DNA of 64,000 nt, taken from NCBI GenBank assembly GCA_963799675.1, contig CAWCXQ010000007.1, forward strand, positions 118,077 through 182,076. Direction: 5' to 3'. Both the position numbers and the translations under genes were made by a program. How positions within the stretch are numbered: the stretch's first letter is position 1; each line of letters begins with the position of its first letter. Positions 48,086 to 57,298 of the stretch are shown here, piece by piece. Source of the stretch: an uncultured Chloroflexia bacterium (GTDB lineage: Bacteria; Chloroflexota; Limnocylindria; QHBO01). The notes under the pieces were generated by a model. That model was not told the DNA's origin, ran no database searches, and worked only from the letters and a program-made list of their open reading frames with translations.

Positions 48086-48838
48086 ATGCGCGTGATCAGG
48101 CCGGCTGCGAGTGCCGCGGCCGAGCACCGCCGCAACATGATGATGGCGGTTGCGATGCTCTCGGTCGCGGTCGTGGCGGCCGGACTCGTGCTGGTCGGTC
48201 CCATTCCGGACAGCCGCGCCGCTACCGTGGCTGGGCTCGCGGCAGCGGTCGGACTCGGGGTCGGCGGCGCCTGGATCCTTCGCGCCCTGCAGCGAGATCC
48301 CGCGAGCATCGACGCGAGCGATATCGAGCGCCTGCTGGCGCCTGTCTTCGACGACAGCTACGCCCTGGTGGTGCGGCCGCGCCTCCCGGGCGTCTCGAGC
48401 GACCTGGCCGCGATCCTGGTGGGCCCCGCCGGCCTCAGGGGGCTGATCGCTCGTCGCTGGCGGGGCCGGTACCGGGTTCGTGGCAAGGGCTGGCAATACG
48501 ACACGCGCGGGCGCCAGGGCTTCATCGCCTGCCGCACGAATCCGTCCTTTGACGCAGCGGCGATCCGTGATGGCCTGGGTCGCTGGGCGGCGGGGGCGGG
48601 TCTCGGTCAGCTCCCCATCGAGTCCGCGATCGTCTTTCCGCGGGCATACTCTCGCCTCATCCTCGAGGAGCCCGCGGACGAGATCGTCACCCCGGACAAC
48701 ACCCCGTGGTGGGCGCATCGCATCGGCCGCACCCAGCGCCTCGATGCCGCCCGCTCGGCACGGGTGGTGGAGGCGGTGCTTGCGGCCGCCGACGCGCCAT
48801 CCGAGCGTCCGAGCGCCCTGCGGCGCGTCACCCCCTAG
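48086..48838 (+). CDS. 2-TM protein with NERD-like domain
   Basis: Two TMs, then DLAAILVGPAG, WRG, NP. Confidence 0.6.
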   Translation: MRVIRPAASAAAEHRRNMMMAVAMLSVAVVAAGLVLVGPIPDSRAATVAGLAAAVGLGVGGAWILRALQRDPASIDASDIERLLAPVFDDSYALVVRPRLPGVSSDLAAILVGPAGLRGLIARRWRGRYRVRGKGWQYDTRGRQGFIACRTNPSFDAAAIRDGLGRWAAGAGLGQLPIESAIVFPRAYSRLILEEPADEIVTPDNTPWWAHRIGRTQRLDAARSARVVEAVLAAADAPSERPSALRRVTP

Positions 48839-48841
48839 CGG

Positions 48842-49447
48842 CTAGGCCTCGACCGGCGGCTCGGGCCGCAGCCAGCGCTGGGCCGTCTTTTCGTCCAGCA
48901 CATCGGCCAGCAGCTCGTCGCGCTGCTCATCGTCCTCGACCACGATCACGTGGGCCATCGTGCGCTGCAGCGCGACCGCCGGCGCGGTCAGGCTGATCTC
49001 CGGATGGGCCGTGCTGCTGACGCTGACGTCGGTCATCGGCACGAAGCGATCGGAGACGTTGAGCAGGCCGTCGGCGGGACGGCTCCCCTGGGCCACGTGC
49101 ACGGTACCGAGCAGCCGGAAGGGCGGCAGCGCGACCTGGGCCCGCACCGGGCGCTTTGCGATCCGCATCTCGGGTCGCGCCTCGGCATCGGTCTCCGCGA
49201 CGACGACGAACAGGAGCTCATCGATCGAAACCAGCACGTGTGGCACCGGAATGCCCCCGGCCGGGTCGCCGTACTCGGTCACGGTCGCCCCTTCGATCAC
49301 CATGTGGGAGGTCGGCTGCAGGTTCATGATGTCGGTGACCCGCGAGAACCGGGTCAGCATCGTGCCGGAGACCCGATACGCGGCGGTGAAGAGCTGCGCG
49401 TGGACGGAGCGGGCCGGGTTGCCAGAATCTCCTGAGAACAGGTCCAT
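48842..49447 (-). CDS. Hypothetical protein with internal duplication (DUF6812-like)
   Basis: YRVSGTM..RVTDIMN and FRLLGTVHV..RPADGLLN halves. Confidence 0.65.
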   Translation of the reverse strand: MDLFSGDSGNPARSVHAQLFTAAYRVSGTMLTRFSRVTDIMNLQPTSHMVIEGATVTEYGDPAGGIPVPHVLVSIDELLFVVVAETDAEARPEMRIAKRPVRAQVALPPFRLLGTVHVAQGSRPADGLLNVSDRFVPMTDVSVSSTAHPEISLTAPAVALQRTMAHVIVVEDDEQRDELLADVLDEKTAQRWLRPEPPVEA

Positions 49448-49525
49448 GGCCGGCATCCTAGCAGTGGGTCGCCGAGCGTCAATGCACGCGGACTGGCCCA
49501 ATCCGCCCCAAACGCCCCGCCCGCT

Positions 49526-51232
49526 TTACTCCTCCAGGCTGCCGACCGCTGCAATCCGTTCGGTCTCGCCCCCGGCGCCTGTGGCGAGCAGGATGCGACC
49601 GGTCGCCTGGGCCTCGAACAGCTTCTCGACGGTCGCGAGCTCGTCGATCTCGGCCGGCGTCTTGTCGTCGCGGATCCTGGCGATGCGCGGAAATCGGAGC
49701 GCGAACCCCGAGTTGTGGCGAGCCGAGCGCTGGATGCGGTCGAAAGCGATCTCCACGACGACCTCCGGCGCAACGGTCCGATAGCGGCCGAAGTCGCGGA
49801 GCGTGATCGCCTGGAAATGCTCGGTCATGGTCGCGATCTCGGCATCGGTCAGGCCCGTGTACGCCTTCCCGATCGTCAGCAGCCGGTCTCCGGACCGAAC
49901 CGCGAAGGTGTAGTCGCTGAGGACTCCATGCCGCTTGCCGTGGCCCCATTCGACCCCGACCACGACGCAGTCAAGGGTCGCCAGAGCGCGCTTCAGCTTC
50001 AGCCAGCCCAGCCCGCGGCGCCCGGGCTGATACGCGGAGTCGGGGTCCTTGATCATCAGTCCCTCGTTGTGCCGATCACGCGCATCGTCGAACTGCGCGT
50101 CCACCTCGGCCGCGCTGCGCGCCGTGGCAAGATTCGAGTAGAGGAATCGCTCCCCGGTTCGATCCGGCAGGCGCAGCGCCTGCAGGGCGGCGCGCCGTTC
50201 GCGCAGGGGCGTTTCGAGCAGGTCCGCTCCCTCGGCGTGCAGCAGATCGAACGCAACAAGCGCCACCGGCACCCGAGCGAGGAGCTCAGCCGATGGCTGC
50301 ACGCGGCCCAGCCGCGTCTGGAGGCTGGCAAAGTCGAGGACCGATCCTTCCCGGTAGGGCACCAGCTCGCCGTCCACCACGAGCGTCTCGTCGAGATCGC
50401 CCGCCGCCGCCACGATCTCGGGGAAGGAGCCGCCGATCTCGTTGAGGTCGCGGCTGAACAGGTGGATCTCCCCTGGAGCGCAGTGCAGCTGGGCGCGGAT
50501 GCCGTCGTACTTGTCCTCGATCCACGCCTCATCGCCGACCCGCCGCATCACCTCGCCCGCATCCGCGACCGGTGTCGCAAGCATGAACCGGATCGGGCGC
50601 CCAACATGCAGGGCGGCAGCCGCCAGCTCCCCGCGGCGCGCCAGGAGCGCTGCCTCGCCCGGATCCGCGACCAGCATGTGCGCGCGGCGGACGGCGGCGA
50701 TATCGGCCTCGAAGGCCGCCGCGATTGCCTCCTCGAGCAGCCCATCGCGCAGCCCGATGCGCATCTCGCGGCTGGCGATGCGCGCCAGGTAGCGGGCCTC
50801 CGCCGCGCTGGCGCGCTCGAAGAGCGAAGCCATCAGCGCCGTCCGCGCTTCGGCACCACCGGCGGCTGCCATGCCGCGAAAGCCGGCATGGACGTCGGCG
50901 AGCGTGAGCCCATCTCCCGGCGCAGGGCGGTCGAGCAGCTCGGCGGCAACGTCTCCGAAGTCGGAGTGGCGCTGATAGGACTCGCCCATGCTGCGTTGAT
51001 CCGCGCCGCTCGCGGCGGCCAGGGCGGCGCTCTGCTGAACCCAGCCGAGCCCCAGACGATCGCCGGGGTCTGCGAGCGGGCGACCGGCGAAGAACGTGCA
51101 GGCGACCGGCAGGTCGGCGTCGCTCAGGTCGCGCAGGTAATCGGCCAGGACCTCCTGCTTGCGCAGCTTGCTGCGGGTGGCTGCGACCGCATCGGCCACC
51201 TCGGCAAATCGTGCGAACGGTGATGAGCCCAT
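49526..51232 (-). CDS. ATP-dependent DNA ligase (LigB type, full length)
   Basis: EDKYDGIRAQ, VDGE, AFDLL, EGLMIK, WLKLK, ALRFPR. Confidence 0.95.
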   Translation of the reverse strand: MGSSPFARFAEVADAVAATRSKLRKQEVLADYLRDLSDADLPVACTFFAGRPLADPGDRLGLGWVQQSAALAAASGADQRSMGESYQRHSDFGDVAAELLDRPAPGDGLTLADVHAGFRGMAAAGGAEARTALMASLFERASAAEARYLARIASREMRIGLRDGLLEEAIAAAFEADIAAVRRAHMLVADPGEAALLARRGELAAAALHVGRPIRFMLATPVADAGEVMRRVGDEAWIEDKYDGIRAQLHCAPGEIHLFSRDLNEIGGSFPEIVAAAGDLDETLVVDGELVPYREGSVLDFASLQTRLGRVQPSAELLARVPVALVAFDLLHAEGADLLETPLRERRAALQALRLPDRTGERFLYSNLATARSAAEVDAQFDDARDRHNEGLMIKDPDSAYQPGRRGLGWLKLKRALATLDCVVVGVEWGHGKRHGVLSDYTFAVRSGDRLLTIGKAYTGLTDAEIATMTEHFQAITLRDFGRYRTVAPEVVVEIAFDRIQRSARHNSGFALRFPRIARIRDDKTPAEIDELATVEKLFEAQATGRILLATGAGGETERIAAVGSLEE

Positions 51233-51287
51233 CAGCTCGAGTCTATCCGGCCTTGACGGCGGCACCGACGCGACGCAGGCTACCCCC

Positions 51288-51893
51288 ATGGCCTTCCCGT
51301 GGTCGAAGAAGCCTCCGCCCGAGGTCGCGGACCGGATCCCGCCGGGCCAGGTGCTGACCGAGAAGTTCCCCGTCCTGCACTTCGGCCGCGTCCCCGACTA
51401 CGGCGATCTGGCGGGCTGGACGTTTCGGGTCTTCGGCGAGGTCGAGGAGCCGTTCAGCCTGAGCTGGGCGGAGGTTCGCGGCCTGCCCGCCGCGCAGGTC
51501 ACGCTCGACATCCACTGCGTGACCCGCTGGTCGAAGCTCGACACCACATGGGACGGGGTCCCCTTCAGCCACATCGTCGAGGTCGCACGGCCAAAGGCCG
51601 GCGCGGGCTTCGTGATCTTCCATTCCGAGGCCGGCTACACCGCCAACGTGCCGATCGAGACCACGGCGGATCCGCAGTGCCTCCTCGCGTGGAGCTACGC
51701 CGGCGAGCCGCTCAGCGCCGAGCACGGGTTCCCGCTGCGAGCGATCGTGCCCGGCAAGTACTTCTGGAAGAGCGCGAAGTGGCTGCGCGGGATCGAGTTC
51801 AGCATCGAGGACCGGCCCGGGTTCTGGGAGCAGAACGGCTACAGCAACAGTGCCGACCCGTGGCGCGAGGAGCGCTACTCCGGCGGCTGGTGA
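51288..51893 (+). CDS. Sulfite oxidase-like molybdopterin oxidoreductase (YuiH-like)
   Basis: RIPPGQ, DIHCVTRWSK, HGFPLR, YFWKSAKW, GFWE. Confidence 0.9.
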   Translation: MAFPWSKKPPPEVADRIPPGQVLTEKFPVLHFGRVPDYGDLAGWTFRVFGEVEEPFSLSWAEVRGLPAAQVTLDIHCVTRWSKLDTTWDGVPFSHIVEVARPKAGAGFVIFHSEAGYTANVPIETTADPQCLLAWSYAGEPLSAEHGFPLRAIVPGKYFWKSAKWLRGIEFSIEDRPGFWEQNGYSNSADPWREERYSGGW

Positions 51894-52147
51894 GGGTCGA
51901 GGCGCTTCGCGCGCGCAATCAGCTCCGCAACTCGACGACCGCCCTTGCGGCCGATCTCGCGAAAATGCTCATTCGAGTATCGCTCGCTGACCGCTCGCCC
52001 GCCCTTCTGACCGATCTCCTGGAAGAACTCCGGGCCGTAGCGGGCGCGCGTCGTCTTGCCGCCCTTGCGCCCCGCCTCGCGCACGCTCATCCCGCCGTTC
52101 GGCGCGCCGTCACCGCGCTCCTGGTCGGGGTCGCTGCGCTCAGCCAC
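51875..52147 (-). CDS. KGG-repeat general stress protein
   Basis: MSVREAGRKGG, FFQEIGQKGG, HFREIGRKGG; SD AGGAGG. Confidence 0.9.
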   Translation of the reverse strand: MAERSDPDQERGDGAPNGGMSVREAGRKGGKTTRARYGPEFFQEIGQKGGRAVSERYSNEHFREIGRKGGRRVAELIARAKRLDPHQPPE

Positions 52148-52195
52148 GTGCCTTCCTCCTGACCTCGCCTGTCTCCGGCTCGTGGTCGGGCGGGA

Positions 52196-52211
52196 TGCAA
52201 GTTGCGTACCG
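52196..52211 (-). promoter_or_regulatory. sigma54-like -24/-12 motif upstream of the KGG gene
   Basis: CGGTACGCAACTTGCA (GG-N10-GC), 48 nt upstream of the start. Confidence 0.55.
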
Positions 52212-52234
52212 AGCCCCGTCTAGAATGGCCCGCC

Positions 52235-52546
52235 ATGCATCCCCTGCTGCGCAACGTGGTGATCAGCGCCGTCGCGCTCATCATCGCCGGCGCGCTCTCG
52301 GCGCTCGCCCTCCTTGGCCGCGACTCGCAGCTCTCCGTGCTCGCAATGCTGGCCAGCGTGCTGCTGGCGGCGCTTGTGGGCATCTTTCTCTTCGCCCAGG
52401 GCTGGATCTGGGGCATGCGCGCCGCGCGGCGTGGGTATCCGGGACGCTCGATGGCGATCGCCCTCGCCGGCGGGCTGATGATCATCTTCGCGGCGGCCGC
52501 GCTGGCGGGGGCCGCCGTGATCGTGCTCCTCTTCTACGTCCGCTGA
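52235..52546 (+). CDS. Hypothetical 3-TM membrane protein
   Basis: Hydrophobic ORF with TAGAAT 8 nt upstream of the ATG. Confidence 0.7.
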   Translation: MHPLLRNVVISAVALIIAGALSALALLGRDSQLSVLAMLASVLLAALVGIFLFAQGWIWGMRAARRGYPGRSMAIALAGGLMIIFAAAALAGAAVIVLLFYVR

Positions 52547-52586
52547 GCGCCACTGCCGGGTTGGTACGATGGCCGCGCCACTCGAC

Positions 52587-52663
52587 GCCCCCATCGTCTA
52601 GAGGCCTAGGACGCCACCCTTTCAAGGTGGAGATCAGGGGTTCGAATCCCCTTGGGGGCACCA
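52587..52663 (+). tRNA. tRNA-Glu(TTC)
   Basis: GCCCCCA/TGGGGGC acceptor stem, CCACC-CTTTCAA-GGTGG anticodon arm, GGTTCGAATCC, encoded CCA. Confidence 0.97.
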
Positions 52664-52684
52664 CCAAGCCGCCCCGCCGCCCTC

Positions 52685-54149
52685 TCATCGCGGCTCGCGC
52701 CACGCCGGGCGCGAGCGAGAACGTCTCTATGCCGGCTCGGAGTACGCCCCCGGAGTCCCGTGAGGTCATCCGCGACCCGATCCAGAAGACGAGCGCCGCC
52801 ACGACGAAGCCGACGACGTACGCGAGATCGGCATAGTGCAGAACGTCGTCACTGATCGCGTTGATCGGCAGGCCGGTGGCCTTGCGGATCTCCTCGCCGA
52901 ATGACGACTGCTGGAACGGCAGCGAGACGAGGAAGCCGACCAGCAGCGCGACGAGGGCCAGCGCGCCCGAGGGCAGATCCCCGAAATGGACCAGCCGAGC
53001 CACGTCGACCGGCTTGCGTCGCTGCCACCAGTCGACCAGTACTACGGCCGCCCACGGCGCGATCCAGTAGCTGATGAAGAGCAGGTAGCTCTCGAACTTG
53101 CCGGCCAGGTCGCCCGAGTTCAGGAAGAGGGTGAAGAAGAAGCCCAGGATCGCGACGATCACCGCCGACACGATGCGGGGGATGCGGACACCCGCCGCCT
53201 GCAGCGACAGGGAGCCGGTGTAGTCGTTGAGGGCGTTGACCGCGACGGTTCCCAGCGCGATTGCCACCATCGCCAGGGCGCCGAGCACTCCGCCGCCGAG
53301 GATGTCGCGGATGGTATTGACCGATGGCCCGGTCGCCTTGTCGGCGACGAGCAGGCCGAGCGCCTCGATCCAGCCGGCCCCCAGGGTGAGGCCGGCAACG
53401 GTGACCCAGAAGATGCCGAAGCGCGACGTGCCCGCAGGGAGGTATCGGCTGTAATCGGACGCATAGAGCGACCACGCCAGGACGAAGCTCGCGCAGATGG
53501 TGCTGAAGAGCACGAACGCGCCGAGCTGGTCGAGACCGGTGAAGCCATCGGTCCGGCCGGTGCTGGCCTGGCCCAGGATCGCGATGGTGAGCACGACGAA
53601 CATCGCACCAAGGGCGATGGCCATGTACTTCTCGAAGGTATGGATCGCCTCGTAGCCGATCACGCCCAGGGCGGATTGCAGGATGACGATGATGATCAGC
53701 GAGACCACGAACGGGATCCCGGTCAGCAGCGATAGGGCGGCCGCTCCGAAGACGGAGTTGATGCCGTCCCAGCCGATGCAGCTGAGCCAGTTGAGGAGGC
53801 CGGGAACCACGATGCTCTTGCCGTACGCGAGCCGCGCCAGTGGCATCTGCGCCATCCCGGTGGTGGGGCCCATCGTGCCCAGGATGCCGACCAGCGCCGC
53901 GCCGATCAGGTTGCCGACGACGATCGCGAGGAGGCCGGTCACGAACCCGACCTGCAGGAAGCCCGCTGCCGCCAGCGTCCCCACGAAGAACGCCGCCGGG
54001 ACGAGCTGCGGCGTGAACCAGACCGTGAAGATGCGGCCGAGCGAGCCGTACCGCGCGTCGGCAGGAATCGGCTCCAGGCCGCGCGCCTCGATCGACATGT
54101 CCCCGGAATGGGTCGGCATCCCCTCGCGGGGCAGGGCATCAACGGCCAT
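52685..54149 (-). CDS. codB: Purine-cytosine permease (NCS1); true 3' end approximate
   Basis: IEARGLEPIP, FTVWF, YASDYSRYLP, about 12 TMs; adjacent to cytosine deaminase. Confidence 0.85.
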
Positions 54150-54160
54150 CGGAACTCCTC

Positions 54161-55470
54161 CTACGCTTGGATTGGCTTGACGAATGAGACCGCCTGGCTT
54201 CCCCCGTCCGCGTGAACGACCGATGAAGCGGGCACCGTCTCCGCGACGACGCGCCCGTTCCGAACGACCCAGCGGGCCGCGGGACGCAGCCTGATCGCCT
54301 CCGCCTCGTCGGCGCAGTCGAAGACGACGAAGTTCGCGGGCGAGCCCTTCGTCGAGGTTCCAGTCGCCGATCTCTGCTGCCCGCGCCGGGTTCGCCGGTG
54401 ATCATCTCGTACGCGCGGAAGAGCTCCGAGCGCCCCGTCATCTGGCCGACGTGCACCAGCATCGAGAGCGCGTCGAGCATCGAGCCGCGACCGAGCGGAT
54501 ACCAGGGGTCCATGATCGAGTCGTGGCCGCAGGCCACGTTGATGCCCGCCGCATCGAGCTCCTTGACGCGGGTCATCCCGCGCCGCTTCGGATAGCTGTC
54601 GAACCTCCCCTGCAGCACGATGTTGTCGAGGGCGTTGGCAACGATCGTCACGCCGGCGCGGCGCAGGATCTGGAAGAGCTTGAAGGCGTACGCGTCGTTG
54701 TAGGACCCCATCGCCGTGGTGTGGCCGGCCACCACGCGGCCCTGCATCCCGTCACGGATCGAGCGGGCGGCGACCACCTCCAGGAAGCGAGACTCCGGAT
54801 CATCCGTCTCGTCGCAGTGCAGGTCGATCGGTTTGCCGGTCTCGCGCGCGAGGTCGAAGATGAAGTTCACCTCCGCAACGCCATCCTCCCGCGTCAGCTC
54901 GTAGTGCGGGATGCCACCGATCACGTCGCATCCCATGCGCATCGCCTCGCGCATGAGCTCGTCGCCATCGGGGAAGGAGAGGATGCCGTCCTGGGGAAAC
55001 GCGATCAGGCGGAGGTCGACGAGGTTCCGCACCTCGTCTCGCAGCTCGAGCAGGGCGCGCAGGGCGGTGAGGCTCGGGTCGCACACGTCGACGTGCGAGC
55101 GGATCATGCCGGTCCCCTGCGCCACCTCCCATTGGATGGCTTCGCGCGCACGCCGCTTCACGTCCTCCACGGTGAGCGACGGCTTCCGCTCGGCCCAGGT
55201 CAGGATCCCTTCGATCAGGGTCCCAGACTCGTTGTAGCGCGGCTCGCCCACGGTGAGCGCGGCGTCGAGATGGACGTGCGGGTCGACGAGCGGCGGCGAG
55301 ACGAGTGACCCGTCCGCGTCGAGCTCCGTGGCACCGTTGGCCTTCAGCTCGCCGCGGCCGCGAACGGCCGCGAAGCGGCCATCGGCAACGGCAATGTCGA
55401 CCGGCTCAGGACTGGCGCCGAGCGTCGGGTAGAGGCGCGCGTTGCGAACGAGGAGGTCCAACTTCACCAC
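54161..55470 (-). CDS. codA: Cytosine deaminase (frameshift near 3' end)
   Basis: DPHVHLD, NESGTLIEGI, AFPQDG, GGIPHYE, HCDE, GHDSIMDPWYPLG. Confidence 0.92.
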
Positions 55471-55562
55471 CGCAGGGGGGCCACGGGCGGGTGCCGGTTG
55501 CGCGGCCGCAGTGTGCGCGGCCGCTGCTCACGGCGTCAAGACAGCGACCGAGGCGGGCCGAG

Positions 55563-55742
55563 CTAGATGTGGTTGATCTCGATGCGGTCCCCGCAGTTCT
55601 GGCACCAGAGGAGCAGCAGCTTCGGATCCTCGGGGACCGGGCGCCAGGAGTAGACCATCTGCTCGGTGATCTGCTCGCCGCAGCGCGGGCACTCGGCGCC
55701 GAGCTCGAGCCACTGGTCGCGCGGGATGTTCTGGCGGCCCAT
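55563..55742 (-). CDS. Small zinc-ribbon protein (59 aa)
   Basis: MGRQNIP...CPRCG...WCQNCG; TGATG overlap with the upstream ORF. Confidence 0.7.
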   Translation of the reverse strand: MGRQNIPRDQWLELGAECPRCGEQITEQMVYSWRPVPEDPKLLLLWCQNCGDRIEINHI

Positions 55743-56185
55743 CAGCGCGGTCGATCGACGACGGGCGGTGGCTCCCAGCCCGGCTTGTGGGCGGGCGGGG
55801 CATCGGTCTCGGCATCCGATCCGGCAATCGCGGCGCGCGTCTCCTCGGCCTTGGCGGAGGGGGCCAGGAGCGGGTACGACATGGCCGCATAGCCAGGCCA
55901 GCTGCCGACCGCGCCATCGCGGATCATCACCTGGGTCTTGGCAAAGGCGCCGGTGACGTCGCGAGTGGATCGGTCGAGGATCTCGTAGTCGTGGCCGGTC
56001 ACGGTTCGCAGCGCGGCTGGGAGCGTCTCGGGCAGGTAGGCGGGCTCGGGATTCTCGGCGAGCGCGATATCGAGCGCGGCGACCACCTGGGCGTCGGTGA
56101 GGTCGCGGGGCAGCGGACGACTGATGTAGGCCATCATCCGCGGATCGCGGCTGGGCCCGGCGAAGGTGCGTATGAGCCGCTTCAT
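55742..56185 (-). CDS. Hypothetical protein
   Basis: SD GAGGAG before MKRLIRTF; coding-like composition. Confidence 0.7.
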   Translation of the reverse strand: MKRLIRTFAGPSRDPRMMAYISRPLPRDLTDAQVVAALDIALAENPEPAYLPETLPAALRTVTGHDYEILDRSTRDVTGAFAKTQVMIRDGAVGSWPGYAAMSYPLLAPSAKAEETRAAIAGSDAETDAPPAHKPGWEPPPVVDRPR

Positions 56186-56382
56186 CGTGCTCCTCGGGGC
56201 GATCTGGCGCGCGCTCTGCATCACCAATTGCGCGGCGCCGATTGTAGCGCCCCACCCGTCCCGGGGAGCTCGCGGGGACCGGTTGGTATACTGGCGTCCC
56301 CGTCAGGCACCGCCTGCGGCGCCGAGAGAAGCTCTTCGGTTGCGCCGCCCTCGCGAGCCACACGAACAAGGAGAGACTCACC

Positions 56383-57261
56383 ATCACCGCGCGCGTCAGA
56401 AAGGCGGTCCTGCCCGCCGCGGGCTTCGGAACCCGCTTCCTCCCGGCCACCAAAGCGATCCCGAAAGAGATGATTCCGCTCGTCGACCGGCCGATCATCC
56501 AGTACGCGGTGGAAGAGGCGGTCGCATCCGGGATCGAGCAGATCGTGATCGTGATCTCCAGCGGCCGGAGCGCGATCGAGGACCACTTCGACTCAGCGCC
56601 CGAGCTCGACCGTTGGCTCGAGGAGCGCGGCGACATCGAGATGCTGCGCCAGGTACGCCGCATCAGCGAGATCGGGCCGATCGCCTTCGTCCACCAGAAG
56701 GAGCAGCTCGGCCTGGGGCACGCGGTGCTGATGGCGAAGGAGCTGGTCGGCGACGAGCCGTTCGCGGTGATCCTCTCCGACGACGTCATGATCAACCGAT
56801 CGGGCGACCCGGTCACCAAGCAGCTGATCGACGCGCATCACGCGCACCGTGGATCGGTCATCGCGGTCCAGAAGGTGCAGCGCGGCGATGTCAGCCGCTA
56901 CGGGATCATCGACCCGGTCCGCACGGAGGGCCGTCTGTTCGAGATCGGGGACCTCGTCGAGAAGCCCGCCGTCGCGGATGCCCCCTCCGATATGGCGGTC
57001 CTGGGCCGATACGTCCTGACTCCGAAGATCTTCGACATGCTCGAGCAGACACCGCGCGGCGCGGGCGGCGAGATCCAGCTGACCGATGCGATCCAGGCCC
57101 TCATGCGCGAGCAGCCGGTCTTCGGCTACCAGTTCGAGGGCGTGCGACACGACGCCGGGACGCGGATCGGGTGGCTCGAAGCCAACGTTGCGATGGGGCT
57201 CGAGTCCGACGAGGCCGACGAGTTCCGCGCCTACGTCCGGAGCCTCGACCTGCGAGACTGA
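56383..57261 (+). CDS. galU: UTP--glucose-1-phosphate uridylyltransferase (apparent ATC start)
   Basis: In-frame RKAVLPAAGFGTRFLPATKAIPKEM upstream of the tracked ATG; LGLGHAV, VEKP, GRYVL, GEIQLTDA. Confidence 0.93.
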   Translation: MTARVRKAVLPAAGFGTRFLPATKAIPKEMIPLVDRPIIQYAVEEAVASGIEQIVIVISSGRSAIEDHFDSAPELDRWLEERGDIEMLRQVRRISEIGPIAFVHQKEQLGLGHAVLMAKELVGDEPFAVILSDDVMINRSGDPVTKQLIDAHHAHRGSVIAVQKVQRGDVSRYGIIDPVRTEGRLFEIGDLVEKPAVADAPSDMAVLGRYVLTPKIFDMLEQTPRGAGGEIQLTDAIQALMREQPVFGYQFEGVRHDAGTRIGWLEANVAMGLESDEADEFRAYVRSLDLRD

Positions 57262-57298
57262 GCGCCGCAAACGGGGCCCAACGGAGGGAAGGCCGAAG

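Noticed and set aside
52482-52700. Permease ORF running antisense through tRNA-Glu
   Set aside because: The tail is not permease-like; the true stop near 52685 is probably lost to an indel
52587-52700. tRNA as an integration site for an island
   Set aside because: No integrase, duplicated tRNA 3' end or compositional shift seen
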